DNA from: Tubiluchus corallicola
Lineage: Eukaryota > Animalia > Priapulida
NCBI GenBank assembly: GCA_030141605.1
Contig: JAQGDQ010000051.1
Span: forward strand, 576,997 to 640,996
DNA length: 64,000 nt
Direction: 5' to 3'
The notes beneath the pieces were generated by a model that made no database searches, had not been told where the DNA came from, and saw nothing but the letters and a program-made list of their open reading frames with translations. Within the stretch, counting starts at the first letter, position 1. Each line of letters starts with the position of its first letter. Position numbers and translations under genes: made by a program. Shown here one piece after another: positions 1 to 10,749 of the stretch.

Positions 1-1150
1 TGTATCTAGTATTCAACATCACTATGTAATGGCTGGGGAGACCATCACAATGTAGAGGGGGTCGACTATAAATAACATTTCGTCCCCGTAACACTGCTCT
101 CCTTCACAGAAAATGGTTTGTCTTCAAACCAGAATGAAGCACGCAGGAGAAGAAATAATAAAAACTTTTATTGAAGCCGAAAATTTTATAATTACCACGT
201 ACTACATGAGAGAGTCGGCGTCTATGAATCTACATGGTGTTTATTAGCGCAGACGATCGTTTCGACTGCATATGTTATTTTCAATTTTTCAATGCTAGGG
301 TGAAGCCAAAACTTGTAATCAGTACAATTTATAACACTACGAACCAAAGCATACAATATCATTATGCAATCACAAAAGTGAATGAAATTGCCAGAATATC
401 AGAGACTCTCCTATAAAGGAAACTGTAATGAAAAGCGTAAAAACAGTACCTATATATCTGATTCAACACAAATCACAATCACCACCAAACATTTAGTTAA
501 CGACAAGCAAAGTCTATATAACGGGAGAAGAAATAACTACAACAAACGTCAAAAGAATAATACACAATTTTTACATAATTGCATTTTCCAATTAATAGGG
601 AGTACGAGAAACCTAAAACTCTCCAAAACAACACCCGGTTTCAGTAACTCACAATGACCACTACAGGGGCCAATGAAGCCCAGAGTCAAGTTGATTTAGA
701 ACACAGAAGCACCGTCCTAGTCTCAATACCTAACTACCATCGGTAACACCATGCCGCATTCTGCGTATTTCTGTGTTCTTATAAACACCACGTTATCACA
801 AACTGTTGGAACATGAAAGAAAGACTGCATAACGCTTACTAGTTTGAAATAAAGTAAAGACTATTACCAGCATCGAAAACTAAAGACAAAAACTGAGCTT
901 AGCGCTTGCCAATATGAATTTTTTGCAAGAATGTGCAATGTTTACTGAGGAAACAAATGCTATGGGAAAACTGCGAAAGGTTTAAATTAAAAAGTTTGCA
1001 TAACAGTTACCGACACAAAGTAGAAAATGTTTTCTATGAGAAATCTACTAACATTACAGTTCAACAAGTTTAAGCATTTTAAAATATACAAATTTACTAA
1101 AAAAAAAGTTAAGGCTCAGAAGCTTCATCCTGACCGGATTCAATATGGAG
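1..1150 (-). mobile_element. Partial copy of the local LTR retrotransposon family (LTR fragment 1-93, PPT, internal remnant)
   Basis: 1-160 aligns with ~11030-11190; the LTR boundary ...cccgtaaca is at 93, followed by the PPT complement; 1105-1146 resembles 11355-11395. Confidence 0.65.
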
Positions 1151-2040
1151 ACATCTAGTTAAAAACCTGTAAGATTGCGTAACAATATTTCAATTCATAC
1201 TGTTCAGACCATACGATCAAGTCTTTTAAGATTCAACTGGCGAACCAACCATTGTGCACGCTGATTTACCAAAACTAGCTACCCCTCAACGGGGCACAGT
1301 TTACCCGAAATAGGTACAAACAACACAAATTCTTGACTTAACAATTTTCATCTCAAAATCTCGCTTTTTAATAATAGCTGGGTTTACCGTTCCATTCGCT
1401 TAAATGAAACTTGCCGTCATCTCGTCACATGTAATTTTCTCTTCAAAATTTCTCACCAAAATGGTAAGATCCACTTTAGTACCTGTGCCAAACACATAAA
1501 TTACGTTCGGTAAAAATTTTATTGCTTACATTTTAATAGATTACATATTCCTTTTACCGTAAATTTCCTCACAACTTTTATCCTTTTGATCTCATAGGAT
1601 GTTAGTATTTGTCATATAAATGCTATGTAAAATATGTAATATACAAGTATATGCGTGTTTAACTGTTTATCACTTGGCGGAGCATTATCAAATGTACACT
1701 CCTATCAGGAATTTTGTGCTTTCTAAAGTGGCGTTTATGTAGCATCCGGACGCGTTTTGGGGTGTGTGCAGAATAGATAAAATCGGTTTTGTATTGTTTT
1801 CAATGCATCAGTTTATGCAGCCTACGTATGTGCTCTATTCGTTTTCTGCGGCTATTCCAATTGATTTTTTCCGCAGCCTATTCCACCAGTGGAAAACGCA
1901 TACGCATCCAGATGTTGGGTAAAAGCTAACTTTGTCGTCTGTGGCAATAAAATCTAAACTCTAAAGAGCAAATTCCTTGAAGACTCAAGTAAAAATTAAG
2001 TTTCAGTATGCTTGTACTTTTACTTTGCTTGGCGTTAGTG

Positions 2041-2600
2041 GATTCAAGATTCAAGATTTATTTATTTAACCAACAACAGGAACCGCATACAGATTGAGTT
2101 TTCTGTAATAATTTAAGACTGTAAATTACAAATAGTAAAGCTGTATGGCTGAGGAGATCTAAAAATGGCAATACAGCTGCATAAATTAAAGGCCACCTAA
2201 AGAAGAAATGGAAAAGGAAAAAGAGAGGGATAGATGGAAAGAATGAAAGGAGAAAGACAGAAAAACAGAAAAGCTATACTTCTGTAACTTGTTTTTGTAC
2301 TTCGATTTTGATGCGAGTCCTTCAGATTAAGAATAATACTGCTGCTATACAGTGCTGAAGACAGTAACAGTGCTTAAACATTGCACTGAGTAGGGTTGTT
2401 ATAAATGATGATTTAGTAAACTGAAGCCATTTATACGTGGTCACTATCTAATCCAAATGACTCATCACTTTGACCACGTTTCAACCTTCTTTTGTCTATC
2501 GGGACTTTCAAGGATTCCTCGTTTACTTTATTATAAAGACTAGTCAGTTTAGTTTTGCTCGTATTCCCCGTTTGTAAAAGCTAAGCTTGTGTAAGGATAT
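2041..2600 (-). mobile_element. Probable 3' end of an L2/CR1-group LINE
   Basis: Minus-strand aataaataaa followed by a (tcttgaa)n short tandem tail at 2041-2070; extent approximate. Confidence 0.35.
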
Positions 2601-4449
2601 TATACTTACAACGTAGATACGATGTAGGAAGAACGAATTTTACTGCATTGGTAGACAAAAAGTCGAATGTTCACGAAACTTATGATATGAATTTATTTGT
2701 TTTTTTTTTCTTAAGCACGTGCATGCATAGATCATGTAGGTACCACACATCGGGTCTGGCTGCATACAACATTTTTTGTACCTAAAAAGATGGTTATGCG
2801 AAAATTATAAGCATAAATTAAGTTAATGTGCCTTGTTCACAGTATCTAATTTTTTATCTGTTTTATCTGTAATCTATTTCATTTGTAGTTTCCCGAAAAA
2901 CAATTAGTTTGAATGACGGATAAAATAACTTCGCCTCTAACCAGGATACAAGTCGTACAAAATACAAAATAAGTATGTTGGTCAAGGTCTGCGTTTCTTT
3001 AAGTTTTTCTCTTTCTAGAGTAACGAATCTGCTGCGCTGCCATTCTACAGGTGAACAGTACAAACTATAATAGTGAACAGGTTGGTTTTGGAGGTGGTAG
3101 TTCATTGCACCCCAGAGTAACCTACAGTAACTCGTTTTATAATTTAACGCTCCCGATTATAGGTTGGCACGCGTTGTTAAATCTGAACTTGAACTGTCAA
3201 TGACCTGGTGGGATTAATACTGCTTCCTGGATCGGGGATGCCTTAGCAAAATGAACAGGGAATTAAGGGACATCAATTTCGCGAAAATTATGATAATTTT
3301 TTATTCGTTCTCCACAGAGCGAGTACTGAATATATCTTCGCAGAATCTGATGTGTTATAATAATTAGTATATATTTTTCTGTCAGTTTTTCGTTGTCTAC
3401 AAAACAGGAGCAATCTTGCAACTTCCAAAAGTATTTAACAATTATTACTGTGACTTTTTTAGAAAAAAGACACGAGCCATCAAACTATTATAACGTCTAA
3501 CAACATCCAAATTAAGAGCAAGTTTTTGGCTAACTTAGAGATATTTTTCGATTGTTGTATTTTTTATTGCAGTTCTACTCAAAAACTGTGATAATTTAGT
3601 TGTTATCTACACTAGACAGGTAAAAGCCTGGGGCCTCAGAATCTAGGCAGGCTCTGTGTATGTATAATATTTTTGACACTGTCGTAAGTGTTTTCTACAC
3701 ATGCCGTCATAATGTACTTTTGGGTGGATAAAGATAGCTCCTAGCAAAGGGGTATCTAGAACAAATTGCAATAGAATTTTTGCAATTAGAATTTGCAATT
3801 ATAGTCAGTTGAATTTTTCTAATAAACAGAATCTGAAGAGAAAAATTCTATTGGAATTTGCTCTAGGTTGTTTATTATCTTTACCCCTTATCTCGTCTAT
3901 AAACAAGCCTTCGGTAACTTTTTTGTTTTTCTATGAGTCAGGAATATCTGTGGATGTTTTATATATCCTTTCCTAATAACAAGTGAAGACTACTTTTATT
4001 GGCATTAAAAAAACTGTATATGTCAACTTAGCAGTAGTTTCCACCCTGACGTATCAATAATTATTCGCGATCAATAAACTTAATTTATTAGATTGTTAAT
4101 CAGTGAGAGATTTTTAAAAATTTTTGAACTGGGTATAATGATAACACAAAATAACATGTAAAGGCCTCACACCCTCACTGTCAGACAGTCATGACCTGAC
4201 CATCTTTATTTCCCAGGAAATAAAATTTGTACTCTCGGGGGTTTTTAAAGAAAATATAAAATAAAGTTGCAATTTCACTTTTCTAAAATTCCTGTTTATT
4301 TTATAAGCTGTTTGCAAAGTTTTTGTTTGCAACAGTTTTTCTTGGCGTTTATTTTAACATATATGCATTTTTTTCATTACAGCTTGTAACAACATCACTT
4401 TATATTCATTAAAAAAGGAAAAGCAAATTATGAAACTTTAAACACCTGT

Positions 4450-5340
4450 CACTAACCATTCTCCGCTCTACTAAATTTTGTTTGGAGTACTCTCCTATCT
4501 TTGTTTAGATATACGTCAGTAGCTGACCCCTCTGGCTTTTTTGTTGTTTCAAGAGTTTTACGTAATGCTCTAGGAATATTAGATTCTTGAGGTAGTCTTA
4601 GTACATGACCAATTCAATGCAGTCTTCTTACCTGGATTTCATTACCCCAAGGATTCTTCTTAAACACATCATACAGATCATCATTGGATATTCTGTCAGG
4701 CGATTTTCTGTAAAGACGTTTTTGAAAAGTGTCAGTTTCCTTCTGCTGTTCAACTTTTATTGTCCATAACTCAGCACTGTATAAAAATACAGGTTCAGCT
4801 AAAATTGAAAGAATCCGAGCTTTGGTTTCAAGAGGAAGTCTAGTGTTTTCAAAAACCGCCGTGAGATCTGAAAAAGCAGACAATGCTAGAACTTTCCTTC
4901 GCTGTATGTCGGCTTCGGTGCGTAACACTAACAAATTACCAAGGTGTTTACATCTTTTCCACGAAACAATACCTCCTCTCTGAATATAGTATGGTTCAGT
5001 CTTTGTATTGTTAACTTTAAAATAATATTTTTCTAAACGGCGGCTAATCGTACATTTTGCGCCTTACGGTATCTCTCTATTAGCTGTATTGTGAGCAATA
5101 TCACCGCATATTGCATGAAGATTAAGGTCGGAGGTCTTCCAAATGTAGCGTAATTATGTTCAACTCGTTTATCTATAGGCTAAAATTTTCTGGATTAAGA
5201 GTATGGTCCTTCATTTCTTCACAAAGTATATAGTTATCGTCTGTCACAACTACAGCAAGATGAAAAGTGAAAGGGGCTCAAACAATCCCTTTGTGGTGTA
5301 CCGATGTTACAACAAAATCGTATGCTCGTCCTTCCTTCAT
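4450..5340 (-). mobile_element. Decayed non-LTR retrotransposon reverse transcriptase fragment (RTE-like)
   Basis: Minus-strand IGTPQRDCLSP (GxPQGDxLSP motif) near 5270-5305, and LPLETKARI...PVFLYSAELWT...ISNDDLY...RRLH*IGHVLRLP, with stops and frameshifts. Confidence 0.75.
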
Positions 5341-6849
5341 ATCGGATTTAGATAGTTATATAATAAATAGTAAGATTTTGCAAGAATGTGCTGATAAAAT
5401 GCAACTCATCATCGGTTTACCACACGCGGGATAGCACTCAAAGGCAGCGCCAAATGTGCTTAAGGAGATGGTTGTAGTGTGATCGGAGCTTGACTTATTG
5501 TGAAGGATGTACCTTTGACATAGAGGTAGAACGGGGCTATGCTCTAGCCTCAGCACCGGCAAAGTTGGAGTTTATGGCCAAGATCGCCAACCACGGGCGC
5601 CACCAACGCATTTTCCTGTATTTAAGCACATTTTGGAGGCCTCAACTGAGACCTAAATTCTGGTACAAAAACTTCCTCAAGCGTGAAAAATTCTGCTTTA
5701 ATAAATATATTTTACTTACGGTACCTTTACCCAAGTAATATTCATTATATTCTATTGTAGTAGTCATATATCTTAAAAACAAGTTCGTAATACACTGCAT
5801 TGCGGATGACCCATAACTTAAACTTAATTTACTTAGTGTCAATATTATCTATCCAGCAAAATGTAGATAGCCAAATATAAAACTGATCTGAGACTGTTAT
5901 GTTTACAGCCCACCTACTGTTCATACAAAATTTAATATGTTTGCGTGCGTGCTAATTTTTCCCACTGGACACAGCTAAATGCAATTTTACCGCATTATAG
6001 ACCATTTTGCGGTCGCTAGAAGTTATTTCTTGGCCAAGTTCACCTCAAATTCGTGACTCATAATTTCACTACTACCGTGAAAGGGGCACAGGCTCCTTGG
6101 ACCCACCCTCTAAATGCAGAAGTGCAGTTACAGTTAGCTAAAAACTGTCTAGACAACGGAAATGTATCATTCTGTGGACGCACGTGCGTCAGTGCGTCCG
6201 CCTTCCGGCGCCCATGTCGCCAACCATGGTTATAAATGTAATCGAAATTTAAGAGTTATGCATATACTTAAAAGGCTTTTATAATTAAGCACTTGTGTTT
6301 CATCTGATAATACTTTTTAAATACTCTGCCATCTTAGAAATGTAAGATGTATAATAAATACTTTTTTCTTGTTATTAGAAATGAAATCGTAATAATATTG
6401 TACTGTCGGCGAAGTACCATTTAAATTTCACCCCTTCCTCTACATTGTAATGGGAAGATTCTATGCGAAACCATTGCGTGTTGGAACTGAAAACCCTGTG
6501 TAAATCACCCGCAAGTAATGGTTCCGTGGTTCAATAGCAAGGTGGCCTGCACCTGCCTCGTACACTAGTATTTGAGATCATACAGGACAAGTTTCCTGGC
6601 ACCAGGCAAGCTTAACTTCAATTGCACCTTCGATTTTGGCATTTTTTGTGCGGTTTTTGGAAAACTTTACAGCACAATGCAGCAGCCCAAACTGTGATCC
6701 AAGACTGTGGCACCCGTTAATTCAATATTAAGAGAAAAATCATGAAAAATTTATCTTGATCTGGATTTGATTGTGTAACTTGTTTTAATTGCAATAAAAA
6801 AATTCACTAAAAAATTGAATTAAAATTAGGACATCAAGATGGCGTTCAA

Positions 6850-7120
6850 TCTACTGTTTAATAAAAAAGAAGAATTCTGAGTAATAAATATTTTGGTTTC
6901 AGGAAAGGTAGCTCCGCTAAAATGGCCTTAACAAAAACTATAGAAAATATCATTAATACTATTGAAAACAAATGGCACATCCTACGGAGTATTTTGCGAC
7001 CCATCAAAGCATTCAATACAGTAAACCAAGACATTCTGCTAAATAAGTTAGACTATTACGTTATAAGAGGTTTGCCTCACATGTGGCTAAAAATTATTTA
7101 GTAGAGTGCACTCAGACACT
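6850..7120 (+). mobile_element. L2/Crack/CR1-group LINE RT fragment
   Basis: Reads FGFRKGSSAKMAL...GVFCDPSKAFNTVNQDILLNKLDYY.IRG...W across frameshifts (QxGFR and DxSKAFDxV motifs). Confidence 0.8.
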
Positions 7121-8239
7121 AAACAATGAACACTTTATGATCGTGATCACGGGTTTTTTTTTAGTTCTCGCTCCATTTCATCTGTCATTCACTACTCCCC
7201 CCACATCAATGTATATATTACAGTAATATCATCTCACCTATTAATTCTTTTTAAGATTCCAAGTACAGTTTGGCTTGCCAAGCTATGCTTTTAGGTTCAA
7301 AATATTTCAAACATCAAAATTATTGTGTATTGTAATTTGCACGCGTATATGCTAGCTACTAAAGAGTCTTTATTTGTATTATCTGGTCTATATTGTATTT
7401 GTATTTGTGTTCACTTTACTGGATAATTATCTGTATTTTAGTGATTACTGTACGATGCAGTGTGGAAATGAATAAACTCTCTTGAAACCGTTAGCGCTAA
7501 TGTTGCCTGTTAAATGAGTGACGGTAAAAAACTGTTCTTTCTCTTTGTCTACATAATGCTTAACTAATGTGTCAAGTACACACTGGTGCAAAATTATGTA
7601 AGATCTTCCAAATACTTATCACTACCTTAATTTGATTTTCATCCTAACAAGTAACCAATGCAGGAACCGAACGGAAGTTACAATGGTCAAATTTTTCGTA
7701 CGAAGTCAAATAGATGCCGCTTATCAGTTTCATTCATCAAACTATTACAAGTGCTAAAACCCGAACTAACGAAAGCGTGTATAAGTTTTTAAATGCAATA
7801 GCGATCCGACTAATTTTATTGGACATAAGTAATGAGATTTTAACTACCGATACATATACATATATTCATGAAAACAGTCAAAATGCCGCGCGATCAACCC
7901 TGTAGACTAATCAGGACTGCATCGTAGCGCCATCTTTACACAGAATGTGAAAACACACTGAGAGGCGAGACCACAATTTTAGGTTGGTGAATGATACAGT
8001 CACACATCTCCCGTTAAGACTGGGAAAATCGTCTTGAATTTGTTCACGTCTGTTAAGGGTGTGTGTCGCACTAACACACGTCACACTTGCACTAGTGCGC
8101 ATGCGCCTAATATCTGGAAGCAATGACTTTGACATGGTTTTCAAACTACTTATATGATAGAGAATAATGCATTGCTGTTAGTAGTGCAATGTCTAACTTT
8201 TGCTAAACATCTGTTAGAGAACCAGAAGGCTACATTTTA

Positions 8240-9120
8240 GGCCTTTGTGTTTATAATGTTCATTAACGACATTACAAAAATGGGACGTCATAATAAAATG
8301 GTGTTATGTGCTAATTATACTGCTATTATGTAAAACTCAAATGTAAATACACTCTCGAAAATGACTTGAATAATGACCTCAGTAGTATTGCAGTCTGGAT
8401 CAGTGACAATAAGCTGACTTTAAATATGAACAAGACTAAAGCAATGTTATTTGGGACAAGTAGAAAATTACAAAACATTAGTGAATTTAATTTATTACTA
8501 AATGAATGTCGAATTGAAATTGCCTATAGTGTGGAACATTTAGGAGTTCACTTTCACCCCAATTTAAAATAGAACAAATTGCTGTTAAAATATTACAAAA
8601 AATCTCGGTTCTTAAAAAGGTCAATAGCACCCACAGCACACGCTTAAAACTTTGTTTAATGCTTTCTTCATGCCACATAGATTATTGTTTGGTAGCCTGG
8701 AGTATCACATTTAATATATTGATCGCATTCAAAAATCACAGAACAGAGCCCCGAGAATAATGCCGGATTGTAGTACCCGAGATCACCATGTAAATGATAT
8801 ATATAATAAATAAAAGTTAATGAAAGTAAAACGGAGAAGAGAGTGCTGGAAAGCAACAATGATGTACAAATGATTAAATAATTTTGTCCTATTATATCTG
8901 AGCCAGAACTTTCGATTCACTACAAATGTTCATAACTGTGACCCAAGATCACAATTGTTGTTATCTAATCAGCTATTTGTAAACGTTGTTAAGCTTGAGC
9001 ATGGTAAGCGTACATTTTATTACTTAGGAACTATGCTTTGGAATACTCTTTCAAATTACATGAAAGACGCACCACCTTTACATACTTCAAAAGTTTTGCT
9101 AAAACAATTTTTCGCGTATT
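8240..9120 (+). mobile_element. L2/Crack-group LINE RT and C-terminal fragment
   Basis: LNNDLSSIAVWISDNKLTLNMNKTKAMLFG...HLGVHFHPNLK and a terminal YLGTMLWNTL motif; multiple stops. Confidence 0.8.
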
Positions 9121-10674
9121 GAATAGCCTCCGGTGTCTCCTGTGGCTTTAGTTGAATTATACTAATGGCACAACGCAGTATTGTTAATGCAAATTATTAC
9201 ATAATAATATTGTTAGCTAAAGTGCAATTAACGCGTGTAATAGGATAAAAACATAGTTTGCTTCGAGCTTTGGAAAATCTTGGAACATTAATGTTGTTAA
9301 GATTTCATTAGACGTTTTTGACGTGCTTTTGCAAGCAACAAGTTTGTTATTAATTACGAGTGTGGATGCTTTTAGACTGTGTTGGTATTACGTTATGTAA
9401 TGTATAAGAAATAAACTGACTAAAATTGAGAACCTGAAAAAATAGCCTCCTTATTATTGCAATTACTTTTGTACAATAGTTTTGCGTTTCTTTTAGTGCT
9501 AGTAATGACTATATTTAATACTAGTCCATGAGCCTCACCCTCAAAATTTGGTCGCCAGTACCACCCAAGGGGACAAATTCGCCAAATGCGTTTTGAAAAG
9601 CTACATATCTCAGGTTGTTAAAAATGCTTGATAGGCCTTCCTACCGTACAGGTTTGTCGGTGGTACTGACCCATTTGTGGGACTACCCTCAAAAAGCTAT
9701 GTTTGTGCAAATTTGCACATGCAAATGCACTTACAAATGGCAAGGATGTGACCATTTGGAATGTAGCAGAAAAAACTATACCTGGTCCATCAGGGCACGC
9801 TGTTCTAAAACTCTCCCTTCTCAGTATAATCATAAAGGTGTTTATTAATATTTTTTATGTTAGTTTTATTTATTTTTTATTTTATTCATTTTCCCGGGCT
9901 ATTCTGTTTTCCTTCTACTTTGCGTACTACTCTCATTGCTATATAAATTCCTGCGTCAGTGGTTACTGAGAGTGGGCAACAGGTAAGCAAAGGGCATTTT
10001 GTGAAGCTTTAAAAGACATACTGCAGTGGACATATTTATGTTCAAATAAAATGTTATGTAGTTCCACTACATCCCAACGTTACGTAACTTGCTTGCAGCA
10101 GTGCTATGCAGATGACTGCAGTTAATTACTATAATAGTATATTGCATGATTTTTTCGTGCAATTATGACCTATTGGTGCGACAATGTGACAGTTATCTAC
10201 ATTTTTCTGTATTTTACCTGCTCAAATCATTTCATTTTATGTAGTGAATAATCATTGTTACATTTACGTGAGATCAAAATCTCAAAAGTCTACCCATGAG
10301 CATACTTATTTGTGCTCAAGCATAATTGTCCCATGCGGGTTAGCCTTGGTAACTGTATCATTGCTGGCCCTTTCATGAGAATTTAATGCAATCTAGCCTA
10401 GCTTAGGTTATCATATATAGCTAATGATGTGAATTGTTTGTCACATAAATTGGTTGCATGGTTACTGTTAATCTTAGCCACGACGTTAAGCATTTATATT
10501 CTTTGCATGCTGTACGCTATGCAAAAAGCTATCCAAAAACTTTGTTGTTAACCCTGTTGCCAAACGGCCATTTTTGGAGACTCCATAAATAAATATGTTT
10601 GGATAATTAATATGTAGTTAGTAACAGTTATAATGAAAAACAAATGTTTAATTGTTGTTTACTGTCATTTGCAG

Positions 10675-10749
10675 GATATGGCATTAACTGCTTTAGAAGA
10701 CCTTACGAGTCTCGATTTCGATTACGACAAACTAAACATTCCAAACTTG
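10675..10749 (+). CDS. E74: E74/ELF-like coding exon A: (D)[24 protein letters not shown]
   Basis: Acceptor tcatttgcag|GAT ATG, donor TTG|gtaagt; 75 nt, open, phase 0 matching the exon at 18138. Confidence 0.65.

Noticed and set aside
1725-1933. Degraded inverted termini suggesting an old MITE
   Set aside because: The TIR match is too poor and no TSD is visible
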